Shown: positions 50,911-62,422, counted from the stretch's first letter. The stretch: DNA of 64,000 nt from an uncultured Verrucomicrobiaceae bacterium (GCA_964515735.1 CAZEVP010000008.1:7945-71944), one strand, 5' to 3'. The notes: generated from the letters alone by a model not told the origin. A program made the numbers and translations.

Positions 50911-52116
50911 ATGAAAGGTGATGGCGTCGCTGGCGACGTTGGAAATATGCGGTTGCGTGCCGGCGAACGGAATGTCGGCCCACTGCGGGCGGCAAGCAGA
51001 TGGCTGCTAGACAGCTTGAAGCCGGGGCGCGGCAACGGCAGGCCCGGCACGTTGAGAAACATCCAGACGCTGCGGTTCCTGGCCGCGACCTGGGTCGCCA
51101 TCTACCACATGCAGCCGCCGGTCACGCCGTTCACCTTCAACTGGGTACCGGAATCCCTGCGCGCTCTGGGTTTCGCCGGTGTCGATCTGTTCTTCGTCAT
51201 CAGCGGGCTGATCATGGCCGAGGCCACGCGCACGCTGCCATCCGGCTCTCGCCCCGCGCTGCGCTTTCTCGGCCACCGCTTCGCGCGCATCTACAGCGGC
51301 TGGTGGCCTTTCTTCATCCTCTATCTAACGTTCTTCAGTCTGATGGGGTGGTTGCGTCCCCAGGTCGACCTGCTGGGTTCGCTTCTGCTCTGGCCGCAGG
51401 ATCTGATGCTGTACCTGCTGCCGATCACCTGGACGCTCAGTTTCGAGCTCTATTTCTATGTCGTGGTCGCCCTGCTCATCGGATGGCGACGTCAGCACGC
51501 AGCTCCGGTGCTGGTGGTTTGCGGCCTCGTGATCATTGCCCTCAATGTCTGGTTCCACCACAACGAGCTGTACCTGCCGAAGAACGAGGCGAAAGCGAAA
51601 ACCAGCCTGTTCGTGCCTTTCTACGCTTCACCACTGGTGCTGGAGTTCATCGCCGGGTTCCTGCTGGCGGAGTGGATGCATCGCCGGCCCGACCTGCGTC
51701 TGCGCTATTGGCTGGCTGGCGCGGTGTCGTTCGCTGCACTGGCCTTCTGGTATCAGTACCACATGCCGCTGTTCGACAGCGGCATGGCGGGCTTCTTCCA
51801 CGCGTCCGAGCGCGCCGTGCTGGTGGGTGGGTTCGCCTGCTGCCTGACGGCGTGCGCCATGGTGCTGGAACGTCGCAAGTTCACTCCGCTGCGCCCGTTG
51901 CAGCTGCTGGGCGATGCGTCATACAGCATTTATCTGGCGCATATCCTCGTGTTCGGGGGTATCACCATGGCCTACTACAAGTTCCCGCTGCTGCAGCAGT
52001 TGTCGATGAGTGCGTGGGCGCTGCTGGCACTGACCATCACGTTGACGTTCTCGTGGGTCAACTATCAGTGGGTCGAACGCCCTCTGTATGCGTTCATCAG
52101 AAGAAGGATCGGCTAG
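50911..52116 (+). CDS. Acyltransferase family 3 membrane protein
   Basis: Contains ..IQTLRFLAATWVAIYH.. plus about 10 hydrophobic spans. The start is uncertain (50911 or the Met at 50947). Confidence 0.8.
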   Translation: MKGDGVAGDVGNMRLRAGERNVGPLRAASRWLLDSLKPGRGNGRPGTLRNIQTLRFLAATWVAIYHMQPPVTPFTFNWVPESLRALGFAGVDLFFVISGLIMAEATRTLPSGSRPALRFLGHRFARIYSGWWPFFILYLTFFSLMGWLRPQVDLLGSLLLWPQDLMLYLLPITWTLSFELYFYVVVALLIGWRRQHAAPVLVVCGLVIIALNVWFHHNELYLPKNEAKAKTSLFVPFYASPLVLEFIAGFLLAEWMHRRPDLRLRYWLAGAVSFAALAFWYQYHMPLFDSGMAGFFHASERAVLVGGFACCLTACAMVLERRKFTPLRPLQLLGDASYSIYLAHILVFGGITMAYYKFPLLQQLSMSAWALLALTITLTFSWVNYQWVERPLYAFIRRRIG

Positions 52117-52138
52117 CAGCCGCCCCAGCTTCGAACGA

Positions 52139-52978
52139 TCACTCCGCGCCCGGCAACCCGAACCGCCGGTGACTCATCACCGGCATCGCCGCGCGCCAGC
52201 GCTGCAGCTGTGCCAGATCGATGTCGGCCGTCAGCGCCGCTTCGCCGAAACCGACTTCGGCCTTCACCGTACCCCAGCCGTCGACGATGACCGAGCCGCC
52301 CGAGGTGGCGCGCTTTTTCGTGTGCTGTCCGCCCTGATTGGCACCGATCAGCCAGCACTGCGTCTCGATCGCGCGGGCGCGCAGCAGCGGCAGCCAGTGC
52401 GCGAGGCCGGTCTGGCGCGTGAACGCCGACGGCACCGCGATCAGATCGGCGCCCTGCATCCGCAGCAGCGTGAACAGCTCGGCGAAGCGCAGGTCGTAGC
52501 AGACCGCGAGACCGAGATGACCGACCGGCGTCGGCACCACCACCGCGCGCGGCGTGCCAGGGCAGAACGTGTCCGACTCGCAGTAACGGCCCTGCGCGTC
52601 GCCGACTTCGACGTCGAACAGATGCGCCTTGTCGTAGCGCGCCACTTCGCGACCGGCGTCGTCGATGACGAGACAGGCCGCGCGCGGGCGCGGGTCGTCG
52701 GCCTCGGTCAAGGGCAGCGTGCCGCCGACCAGCCAGATGCCGTGGCGCGCCGCCTGCTCGGCCAGGAACGGCCGCACCCGCGCCAGCGTGCGATCGGCCT
52801 CGCGCGCGCCGAGCTCGCGCTGGGCGCTGCTGAGGAACAGCGCGAAGCTCTCCGGCAGCACCGCCAGCTTCGCGCCGTCGCCGGCGGCGCGCTCGATCAG
52901 CCGCGCGGCGGTGGCGAGGTTCGATTCGATATCGGCGCCAGAAATCATCTGCAGCGCGGCGATGCGCGGTGTGCTCAT
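52139..52978 (-). CDS. Carbon-nitrogen hydrolase (nitrilase superfamily)
   Basis: 279 aa from the internal ATG (MSTPRIAALQM.. LAVLPE.. YDKAHLFD.. VCYDLRFAELF). ATGA overlap with yhdP. Confidence 0.85.
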   Translation of the reverse strand: MSTPRIAALQMISGADIESNLATAARLIERAAGDGAKLAVLPESFALFLSSAQRELGAREADRTLARVRPFLAEQAARHGIWLVGGTLPLTEADDPRPRAACLVIDDAGREVARYDKAHLFDVEVGDAQGRYCESDTFCPGTPRAVVVPTPVGHLGLAVCYDLRFAELFTLLRMQGADLIAVPSAFTRQTGLAHWLPLLRARAIETQCWLIGANQGGQHTKKRATSGGSVIVDGWGTVKAEVGFGEAALTADIDLAQLQRWRAAMPVMSHRRFGLPGAE

Positions 52979-55900
52979 GGTTTGGCCTCCTGTGCCGCGC
53001 GCGGCGACTTGTCGCTGCCACCATCGCCGCGCGCATCGAAGATGTGGCTCATGGCGACCTGCGGATCGCGCCACGAACCGGAGATCGTGTAGACCGCGCT
53101 GGAGAAGCGGTCGACCTGGTCACCGAACACCTTGCTGGCGACGAACACGCCGGCCGCCACCGGCAGGCCGCCGGTCAGCGCGGCGATCCACGGCAGGTTG
53201 CCGGCCAGCGGCAGCGTCGCCGTCATCTGCATGTCGACCTGCTCGCTGTTCAGGTCGAGCACGCCGGCGAGGCGGAAGCGGCTCGACGGCCCGTTCACCG
53301 TCAGCGGCTGCGTCAGCTCGATCAGGCCGCCGTTCAGCGCGAAGCTGCCGTCGAAGCGGTCGAAGCTTATTCCTTTCTTGTAGAGGTCGGCGAAGTCGAG
53401 CTGCAGCCGCCGCAGCAGGTTGGCGACGTTGAAGATGCCGACCAGCTTGATCGCCCCCTCGGCGGAGGCGCCGGCGCTGAGCAGCTGGCCGTCGCGCAAT
53501 GCCAGCGTCGCGGTGCCGTTCAGCCGTTTCAGCGCGTACTGGTCGGGGCGGCCGGCCCAGCTGACGCTGGCGTCGAGGCGCCCGCTCTCGGTGACGATGG
53601 CCGGCTCGATGCCCCAGCGCGCCAGCACCGAAGCGAGGTCGCCGACGCTGAGGCGGCCGTCGAACCAGGTGCGGTCACCGCCGTCGGTGCGCAGCCAGGT
53701 CAGCGTCGCCGGTTCATCGGCGCCGAAACGGAGCTCGCGGATGTCGGCGCGCAGCTGGCGCGCGGCAACACCTTCGCTGATCGGCCGCAGCGCGAAACCG
53801 AGCGAGCCCCACAGCTCGTCGCCGCGCCACAGCTCGTCGATCCTCAGGTCGACCGCCGGCAGCGTGCGCGGGTCGATGCCTGCCAGCGCCGTCGACGGCT
53901 CGCCGCTGCCATCCGGCGCCGGCAGCCGCAGCCGGCGCAGATGCAGCCGCCACGGCCCGTCGTCCGGCAATAGCACTTCGCCGTCGAAGCGATCGGCGCT
54001 GGCCTGCAGCAGCCAGCCGTCCGCCACGGCGCGGCCGGACAGCAGCAGGTCGCGCAGCGTCAGCGCACCGACCTGCAGCTCGGCCGAGCGCAGCCGGTCG
54101 ATCTCGACGGCGAGCCCGCCGCTGCCGCCCAACAGCTCCGCCTGCAGCGGGCGCCAGTCGTCGAGCGACAGCGATGGCAGCGTGCCGGTGATCCGCAGCC
54201 GGCCGTCCGCCAGCTCACCGGCCGGCATCGCATCGCCGGCGCCGAGCCAGACCCGCCCGGCCGCCGGCAGCGTCGCGCCGGCCGGCCAGCGCAGCGCCAC
54301 CGCGCCCCAGTCGCCGACGGTCGCGCGCAGCAGGCGTTCGCCGGCCAGCGCCATGTCGATCTGCAGCGGCAGTTCGTCGGCGGCACGCTTGGCATAGGGC
54401 GGCGGCAACTCGACCGCCACCCCGCGCAGCGACGAGCTGGCGCGCAGCCTGCCGCTCTCCGGCGCCAGATTGACCAGCACACGCAGGTCGGTCTCGCCCC
54501 GCAGCCGCCGCGCCACCACTTCCGGCAGCTGCGGCGTCAATCCGGCCAGCGCCAGCCGGCCGCGCACGTCGACCTCGATGGCGCCACTGCGATCGCTGTC
54601 GACCGTCGCCCGCAGCGGCTTGCCGAACAGCGCGCCGGTCAACCCCGGCGAGTGCAGCCCCTTGTCGGTGCGATAGGAGAGCGGCCCCCGCACCTGATCG
54701 ATACGCAGGCCGAGCCGGTCGAGCCGCAGCCGGCCCGGGCCGAGATCGGCGTCGACCGCCACCTGCAGCGGCCGCGAACTGCCGATGCCGAGCCCGAGAT
54801 CGAGCCGGAACTGTACCGGCCCCTGCCAGTGCCAGCCGTCGAGCTGGTCGCCGACGCGCGCGCGCAGCGGCGATTCGCGCAGCAGCCGCAGCAGGTCGTC
54901 GTCGCGCGCGCTGCCGCCGACGTCGACCGTCAGCCACAGGCCGCCGTTCGGATCGGGCGCCATCGCCACGCCGGCGTCGCTCAGCTCGATGGTGTCGAGC
55001 ATCCGCGCGGCGACATCGGCGACCTGCAGCCGCGTGTCGTCGAGCCACAGCTGCGCCGTCAGTTCGCGCAGCGGCGGCCACTCCGGCTGGAACGCCAGCT
55101 CGCCGCCGCTGACGTCGAGGTGGAGCTGCACGGTGCGGTTGGCGCTGTCGCCCGGCCGCAGCGAGCCGCGATAGAGGAAGGCACCGCGCGGCAGCTCGCC
55201 GGCGACGACGGCGCGTTTCAGCCACGCCAGCAGGTCGTCGTCCAGCGTGTGCGGCAGGAAGGCGTCGCGGTACTGCGTATCCGAATCGCGCAGCGCCACC
55301 AGCAGGTCCATCCGCGAGGCGATCTCGCCCGGCGTGTGGGCCAGATCAAGCGACACCTGCGCCGTCGCCGAGCCGGCCTCGCCGCGCAGCGCGATGGCGC
55401 CGGAGCGCAGCTGCGTGCGGCCATCCGCGCTGTGCCAGCGCACGTCGGCGCGCGCCGTATCGAACCGCAGCGGGCCATCGAACACATGGGGAAAGGAGAC
55501 GCTCGCATCGCGGCTGTCGAGCAGCGCGCGGCCGCCGTCGGCGCCGAGTTCGAGATAGCCATCGACGCCGCTCGCTCCCGGCGCCTCGTGCCACGGTTCG
55601 ACGGCGACATCGCGCATCGTCGCCCGCAGCGCGAACTGCGACCGCTGCCCCGCCGCCAGCGGCAGCGACAGCTGCACGTCGGCCAGCGTGCCGGCCGGCG
55701 CCAGCGTCTGCAGCAGCTCGCGCTGCGCCTCCGGCAGCGCGTCGCCGGCCAGCAGTGCCTCGCGCAATGGCTTCAGCTCGACTGCCGGCAGCGCGAGCTG
55801 CAGCGGCGCCGGTGCATCGCCATCGGCGGTCATCTCGCGCCGCAGCCAGAGCTGCGGCAGCTGCAGCGCCGCGCCGCCCCAGCGCAGCGACAGCGCCGGC

Positions 55901-56922
55901 AGCCACAGCTGGTTCACTCCGTCGCGCCGTTCGAATTCGAAGCGGGCATCGATGTCGGTCAGCGGCGCCAGTTCGCGGCCGGTCAGTGCGGCCAGATCGA
56001 TGGCCGGCGCGACGACGTGGCCGCGCGCGCTGAGCACGCCGTCGTCCCAGGTCAGCCAGGCGCGGCCGTCGATGCGGCCATGGCGCAGGTCGAGACCGAA
56101 CGCCTTCGCCGCCGGCAGCAGCGCGGTCAGGTCGAGGTCGTCGAACTCGGTGTAGAGCCGGGCGAGGCTCTGCTGCGGCTGCCGCGGATCACCGTCGACT
56201 TCGAGCAGCGCCCGCAGCGGCGCGCCGGTCGTTTCAGAAGCCGCACCGGTAGTCTCAGAAGCCGCGCCGGTCATTTCAGAAGGCGCGCCGGTAGCGCCGG
56301 CTACCTCCGGCTCCGACACTCCGGCATCGACCCGCGCGTCGAGCGCCAGCCGGCGGAAGCTGCCGCTGCGCTCCAGCCGCAGGTCGCCCCGCAGCCGCGC
56401 GCGATCGCCATCGAACAGGTGCACGTCGATGTCGGTCTCGGCGAGGCGGGCACGGCGCATCGCCAGCAGCAGCGACAGTGCGTCGAAACCGCCCTCGGGC
56501 GCGGCCGTGGCACCGCGCAGCCGCCACCGCCCCGGCGCCGCCTCCTCCAGCGTGAAGTGCACGCCGCGCCCCTCGACGCGGTGAAACACCGGCGCCCGCT
56601 CCTTCAGGCTGCGCAGCAGGCTGAAACGCAGCGACAGTGACTGCACGGCGAGCAGCGGTTCATCGCTGTCGGGGCGGGTGACGCGCAGGTTGTCGACCCC
56701 GACCTGCGGCGCCACGCCGCGCCACTCGCCATGCAGCCGGTCGGCGTCGATCCGGTAGCCGGAACGCTGCGAAAGCTCGGCCAGCAGCGGCTCGCGGTAC
56801 TGCTCCAGATAACCGATGTAGTGGCGCCCGAGCCCGGCCACGGCACCGACCAGCAGCACCGCGCCGACCAGTGCGGTCCACAGCAGGCGGTTGATCCAGA
56901 GCAGCAGCGCGTGGGTGTTCAT
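52975..56922 (-). CDS. yhdP: YhdP family (AsmA-like) large envelope protein
   Basis: 1315 aa with an N-terminal transmembrane anchor, a long beta-rich body, and the conserved position upstream of rng. Confidence 0.85.
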   Translation of the reverse strand: MNTHALLLWINRLLWTALVGAVLLVGAVAGLGRHYIGYLEQYREPLLAELSQRSGYRIDADRLHGEWRGVAPQVGVDNLRVTRPDSDEPLLAVQSLSLRFSLLRSLKERAPVFHRVEGRGVHFTLEEAAPGRWRLRGATAAPEGGFDALSLLLAMRRARLAETDIDVHLFDGDRARLRGDLRLERSGSFRRLALDARVDAGVSEPEVAGATGAPSEMTGAASETTGAASETTGAPLRALLEVDGDPRQPQQSLARLYTEFDDLDLTALLPAAKAFGLDLRHGRIDGRAWLTWDDGVLSARGHVVAPAIDLAALTGRELAPLTDIDARFEFERRDGVNQLWLPALSLRWGGAALQLPQLWLRREMTADGDAPAPLQLALPAVELKPLREALLAGDALPEAQRELLQTLAPAGTLADVQLSLPLAAGQRSQFALRATMRDVAVEPWHEAPGASGVDGYLELGADGGRALLDSRDASVSFPHVFDGPLRFDTARADVRWHSADGRTQLRSGAIALRGEAGSATAQVSLDLAHTPGEIASRMDLLVALRDSDTQYRDAFLPHTLDDDLLAWLKRAVVAGELPRGAFLYRGSLRPGDSANRTVQLHLDVSGGELAFQPEWPPLRELTAQLWLDDTRLQVADVAARMLDTIELSDAGVAMAPDPNGGLWLTVDVGGSARDDDLLRLLRESPLRARVGDQLDGWHWQGPVQFRLDLGLGIGSSRPLQVAVDADLGPGRLRLDRLGLRIDQVRGPLSYRTDKGLHSPGLTGALFGKPLRATVDSDRSGAIEVDVRGRLALAGLTPQLPEVVARRLRGETDLRVLVNLAPESGRLRASSSLRGVAVELPPPYAKRAADELPLQIDMALAGERLLRATVGDWGAVALRWPAGATLPAAGRVWLGAGDAMPAGELADGRLRITGTLPSLSLDDWRPLQAELLGGSGGLAVEIDRLRSAELQVGALTLRDLLLSGRAVADGWLLQASADRFDGEVLLPDDGPWRLHLRRLRLPAPDGSGEPSTALAGIDPRTLPAVDLRIDELWRGDELWGSLGFALRPISEGVAARQLRADIRELRFGADEPATLTWLRTDGGDRTWFDGRLSVGDLASVLARWGIEPAIVTESGRLDASVSWAGRPDQYALKRLNGTATLALRDGQLLSAGASAEGAIKLVGIFNVANLLRRLQLDFADLYKKGISFDRFDGSFALNGGLIELTQPLTVNGPSSRFRLAGVLDLNSEQVDMQMTATLPLAGNLPWIAALTGGLPVAAGVFVASKVFGDQVDRFSSAVYTISGSWRDPQVAMSHIFDARGDGGSDKSPRAAQEAKP

Positions 56923-56959
56923 GAAGGATTCGACCGCTCAGCGCGCGGCGGCGTTGCGG

Positions 56960-58438
56960 TCACAGCAGGATGACATCGAACTGCTCCTGGCTGTAGACCG
57001 GCTCGACGCGAAACTCGATCGACTTGCCGAGCACTTCGCCGAGGTCGGCGAGGATCGCCGAATCCTCGTCCAGCAGCCGGTCGACCACCGGCTGCGCCGC
57101 CAGCACCAGCAGCCGGTCGTTGTCGTAGGTGCGCGCCTCGCGCAGGATTTCGCGGAAGATCTCGTAACAGACCGTCTCCGCCGATTTCAGCGAACCGCGC
57201 CCCGTGCAGACCGGGCACGGCTCGCACAGCACGTGGCCAAGGCTCTCGCGCGTGCGCTTGCGCGTCATCTCCACCAGTCCGAGATCGGAGACGCCGGTGA
57301 TCGAGGTCTTGGCGTAGTCGCGCTCCATCGCCTTCTCCAGCGTGCGCAGCACCTGACGGCGGTGCTCGGCATCCTTCATGTCGATGAAGTCGATGATGAT
57401 GATGCCGCCGAGGTTGCGGATGCGCAGCTGCCGCGCCAGCGCCGACGCCGCCTCCAGGTTGGTCTTGAAGATGGTCTCTTCGAGGTTGCGGTGGCCGACG
57501 AAGGCGCCGGTGTTGACGTCGACCGTGGTCATCGCCTCGGTCTGATCGATGATCAGGTAGCCACCCGATTTCAGCTCGACCTTGCGCGCCAGCGCGCGCT
57601 GCAGCTCCTCCTCGATGCCGTACATGTCGAACAGCGGGCGCTCGCCGCGGTAGAGCTCGATGCGCTCCTGCAGCTCGGGAATGTAGTCGCGCGCGAACGC
57701 CTGCAGCTGCGGCAGCCAGTGCGAGGCGTCGACGCGGATGCGTTCGAGCCCCGGCCGCACCAGATCGCGCATCGTGCGCAGGTAGAGCGGCAGGTCCTCG
57801 TAGACGATGGCCGGCGCCGTGCCCTCGGCCATGCGCTCGGCCAGCGAGCGCCACAGCCGTTTCAGGAAACGGATATCGGCCAGCACCTCGTCGCGGCCGG
57901 CGCCCTCGGCGGCGGTGCGGATGATGAAACCGCCCTCGCTCTCCATCCCCTCGGCGGCGATGCACTCGGCCACCAGCGCCTTCAGTCGCGCGCGCTCGGC
58001 CTCGTCCTCGATGCGCTGCGACACGCCGATGTGCGCCGTCTGCGGCATGTAGACGAGAAAGCGCGACGACACCGACAGGTGCGTCGTCAGCCGCGCCCCC
58101 TTGCTGCCGATCGGGTCCTTGTTGACCTGCACCACCAGCGTCTGCCCCTCGCGCACCAGCGCGCGGATGTCAGGCGTCTCGTGCGCGCGCTGCTCCATGC
58201 CGTTGGCGTCGCGCACGAAGATGTCGGAGGCGTGCAGGAACGAGGCGCGCTCGAGGCCGATGTCGACGAATGCCGCCTGCATCCCCGGCAGCACGCGCAC
58301 CACCTTGCCCTTGTAGATGTTGCCGACGATGCCCTTGCTGCGTTCGCGCTCGATGAATATCTCCTGCAGCACGCCGTTTTCCACCAGCGCGACGCGTGTC
58401 TCCATCGGCATGATGTTGATCAGGATCTCTTCGCTCAT
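56960..58438 (-). CDS. rng: Ribonuclease G
   Basis: 492 aa from the internal ATG (MSEEILINIMPMETRVALVENGVLQEIFIERE.. GNIYKGKVVRVLPGMQAAFVDIG). Confidence 0.95.
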   Translation of the reverse strand: MSEEILINIMPMETRVALVENGVLQEIFIERERSKGIVGNIYKGKVVRVLPGMQAAFVDIGLERASFLHASDIFVRDANGMEQRAHETPDIRALVREGQTLVVQVNKDPIGSKGARLTTHLSVSSRFLVYMPQTAHIGVSQRIEDEAERARLKALVAECIAAEGMESEGGFIIRTAAEGAGRDEVLADIRFLKRLWRSLAERMAEGTAPAIVYEDLPLYLRTMRDLVRPGLERIRVDASHWLPQLQAFARDYIPELQERIELYRGERPLFDMYGIEEELQRALARKVELKSGGYLIIDQTEAMTTVDVNTGAFVGHRNLEETIFKTNLEAASALARQLRIRNLGGIIIIDFIDMKDAEHRRQVLRTLEKAMERDYAKTSITGVSDLGLVEMTRKRTRESLGHVLCEPCPVCTGRGSLKSAETVCYEIFREILREARTYDNDRLLVLAAQPVVDRLLDEDSAILADLGEVLGKSIEFRVEPVYSQEQFDVILL

Positions 58439-58439
58439 G

Positions 58440-59027
58440 TCAGCACTCGATACCGAATTGGCGCAGCAGGGCGGCAGTCTCGAACAGCGGCAGGCCGACG
58501 ACGCCGGAATAGCTGCCGTCGATGCGCGCGACGAAGGCGGCCGCCAGCCCCTGGATGCCGTAGCCGCCGGCCTTGTCGAGCGGCTCGCCGGAGACGACGT
58601 AGCGGGCGATGCGCTCTGCATCGAGCGCGCCGAAGGTGACGTCGGTGCGGCTGACCACCGACAGCTGGCGCGCGCCATCGCAGAGACTGACACCGGTCAG
58701 CACCTGATGGCTGCGGCCGGCGAGGCGCGCCAGCATCGCGCGCGCGTCGCGCTCGTCGCGCGGCTTGCCGAGGATTTCGCCGTCGACGACGACGGCGGTG
58801 TCGGCGCCGAGCACCGGCAGCAGTGCCGAACCGCCGGCCTCGACCGCGTGCCAGCCGGCCAGCGCCTTGGCGCGCGCCAGCCGCTCGACGTAGGCGCCCG
58901 CCTCCTCGCCCGGCAGCGGCGTCTCGTCGACGTCGGCGGTGACGATGCCGGGCGTCAGCCCCAGCTGCGCCAGCAGTTCGCGGCGGCGCGGCGACTGCGA
59001 GGCGAGGTAGAACTGCGGGTCGGGCAT
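58440..59027 (-). CDS. maf: Maf-like nucleoside triphosphate pyrophosphatase
   Basis: 195 aa ([17 protein letters not shown].. [16 protein letters not shown].. [10 protein letters not shown]). Confidence 0.9.
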   Translation of the reverse strand: MPDPQFYLASQSPRRRELLAQLGLTPGIVTADVDETPLPGEEAGAYVERLARAKALAGWHAVEAGGSALLPVLGADTAVVVDGEILGKPRDERDARAMLARLAGRSHQVLTGVSLCDGARQLSVVSRTDVTFGALDAERIARYVVSGEPLDKAGGYGIQGLAAAFVARIDGSYSGVVGLPLFETAALLRQFGIEC

Positions 59028-59080
59028 CGGATCAACTCACGACAGGAAAGGGGTGTGGTTCTGCTGATGCCGGCGGCCGC

Positions 59081-59557
59081 TCAGGCCACCGGCGAGCCCC
59101 GGTAGCGGCCGAGCAGCCACAGCAGCGTCGGCCACAGCAGCGCCGACACCAGCGCCGGCAGCAGGAACAGCAGCGTCGGCACCACCTGCGCGGTCAGCGT
59201 CTGCACCCAGTGGCCGATCAGCTGGTGCACGCCGATCAGCACGAACACCAGCAAGATCTGCTGCAGCACGCCGTACATGCGCAGGCGCTGATACAGGATC
59301 AGAGCAATATAGGCCACCACGGCCAGCGCGAAGGCGTTGCCGCCGAGCGGCGAGCCCTCGATGACGTCGAGCAGCAGCCCGACCAGCCAGGCGGCGCCGA
59401 TGCCGAACTTGTCCGGCGCCATCACCACCCAGTACAGCACCACCAGTGCCACCCACTCCGGCCGCGCCCACAGCGCCCACGCCGGCAGCGGCAGCGCCGT
59501 CAGCCACAGCGCCGCCAGCAGGCTCAGACCGATCACGCCCCATTCGCCGCGGTTCAC
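59081..59557 (-). CDS. mreD: Rod shape-determining protein MreD
   Basis: 158 aa, polytopic. Overlaps the mreC stop by 4 nt. Confidence 0.85.
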   Translation of the reverse strand: MNRGEWGVIGLSLLAALWLTALPLPAWALWARPEWVALVVLYWVVMAPDKFGIGAAWLVGLLLDVIEGSPLGGNAFALAVVAYIALILYQRLRMYGVLQQILLVFVLIGVHQLIGHWVQTLTAQVVPTLLFLLPALVSALLWPTLLWLLGRYRGSPVA

Positions 59558-60450
59558 GGCGCCGGCTCCGCGGCCGCGTCGGCCGCTGCCTCCAGTTGCT
59601 CACCAGAGATGCCGGCAGCGCCGCCCTCCTCGTTGTCGCCGAAGATCAGCAGCAGGTGGCGGCTCTGGTCGAGGCGGGCGGTGGGGCGGGCGCGCACCGT
59701 CATGAACGGCTCGCCCGGGTCCTCGACCACCTCGTAAACCAGCGCCACCGGGTAACCGGCCGGGAAGCGGCCGCCGAGGCCGGAGGTGACCAGCAGGTCG
59801 CCGACCTCGATGTCGGTGGTGGCGGCGACGTTGGCCAGCTCCAGCGAATCGATGCGGCCGCTGCCCTCGGCGATGGCGCGCACGCCGTTGCGGTTGACCT
59901 GCACCGGCACCGCGTGGGTCGGGTCGGTGATCAGCAGCACGCGGCTGAAGAACGGCGCCACCTCGACCACCTGGCCGACCAGCCCGTGCGCGTCGATCAC
60001 CGCCTGTCCGATCCGCACGCCGGCGCTGGCGCCTTTGTCGATGACGACGCGGTGGCGCACCGGGTCCGGCGCCACGCCGGTCAGCTCGGCGATGACGACG
60101 CGATCCTCGACATGGGTGGCGGAGTTGAGCAGCTGGCGCAGGCGGGCGTTCTCGGCGGTCAGCGCCGCCATCTTGGCGACGCGCGCCTGCAGGATCAGGT
60201 TCTCCTCGCGCAGCACTTCGTTCTGCGCGGCGAGACCGTTCCAGTCATGTAGGGTGTGTTCGCCCCAGATCGACAGCCGCGCCGGCAGGTCGGCCAGCCA
60301 GTAGAACGGCGAGGCGACGACGGCGAGGTGCGACTCGAAATCGCGAAACCACTGCCAGCGCAGGTGGCCGCCGAGCAGCAGCAGCGCCAGCAGGCTCAGC
60401 AGCACGATGCGCGAGCCGATCGACGGGCCTTTGTGGAAGAGCGGTTTGAT
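59554..60450 (-). CDS. mreC: Rod shape-determining protein MreC (5' end extended to a putative ATC start)
   Basis: The track ORF starts at the GTG at 60405. The in-frame upstream codons encode the conserved MreC N-terminus I-KPLFHKGPSIGSRI, so the start is uncertain (see findings). Confidence 0.85.
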   Translation of the reverse strand: MKPLFHKGPSIGSRIVLLSLLALLLLGGHLRWQWFRDFESHLAVVASPFYWLADLPARLSIWGEHTLHDWNGLAAQNEVLREENLILQARVAKMAALTAENARLRQLLNSATHVEDRVVIAELTGVAPDPVRHRVVIDKGASAGVRIGQAVIDAHGLVGQVVEVAPFFSRVLLITDPTHAVPVQVNRNGVRAIAEGSGRIDSLELANVAATTDIEVGDLLVTSGLGGRFPAGYPVALVYEVVEDPGEPFMTVRARPTARLDQSRHLLLIFGDNEEGGAAGISGEQLEAAADAAAEPAP

Positions 60451-60635
60451 GGGGCCACCCCGGCAGAGTCAGCGGTGCGCCCGTCGGGCCGGAGGCCTTG
60501 CGGGCGCGTGTTCATTCTCGGTGGCTGACGATCGTCGCGAGCAAACCGATCGCACTCAGAGCCTGTTCACGATCTCGCGAGCCGGAGCCCATTTCCCATC
60601 GCTTGGCCGACGCGCAGCAGATCGTGGACAGGCTC

Positions 60636-61679
<1,044 letters not shown>

Positions 61680-62089
61680 TCAGCACCTGTCTGGGGAGCG
61701 GGGCGCAGTGGCCGGCCGGTGCCGGTCTGGCGGCGAAGCGCGAAGCCGTCCCGAATGGCGCCTGCGCGCAGCGTGGAGGCTCGCGCGCCTCTCGACGGGG
61801 CGACGTGGCAAGGCCGGTCCGGCGCCCGCTGGAAACGCGCAACTCTAGCAACGGCGGGGTTTAAGGGCAAGGCGCCGCTGTGGTAACGTTGCCGCCCGAT
61901 CGCAGCACCGCAAGCTGCTGTTTTTCCGCGATTTGCCCGGGCTCCCGCGCACACCGCGAAGCGCCTCCGGCAGCGGATGCAACGCCGTTCACGAATCCGG
62001 ACGGCGGTCACAAATCCAGACAGTGAACCCGACAGCCGCCGCGCCCGTGCACTGGCGGCCAGAGCCAACAAACCCCCGGTAACGCCCCG

Positions 62090-62377
62090 ATGACGATAGC
62101 CCCCGCCGATATCGAAAAGATCGCCCGCCTGGCGCGCATCCGCGTCGACGCCGACGCCGTGCCGGCCGTGACCGAGCGCCTGAGCAACATCCTGGCGATG
62201 GTCGACCGGCTGCAGGCGGTCGACACCAGCGGCATCGAGCCGATGGCCAACCCGCTCGACGCGACGCAGCGGCTGCGCGCCGACGTCGTCACCGAGCCGG
62301 ACCAGCGCGCCGCGCTGCTGGCGATCGCGCCGGCCAGCGAGGCCGGGTTCTATCTCGTGCCCAAAGTGATCGAGTAA
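62090..62377 (+). CDS. gatC: Glu/Asp-tRNA amidotransferase subunit C
   Basis: 95 aa (..IEKIARLARIRVD.. ILAMVDRLQAVDTSGIEPM). Confidence 0.9.
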   Translation: MTIAPADIEKIARLARIRVDADAVPAVTERLSNILAMVDRLQAVDTSGIEPMANPLDATQRLRADVVTEPDQRAALLAIAPASEAGFYLVPKVIE

Positions 62378-62422
62378 CGATCGATCGAGCCGTACACGCC
62401 CCGATTCAGGAAGCCTTCCACC

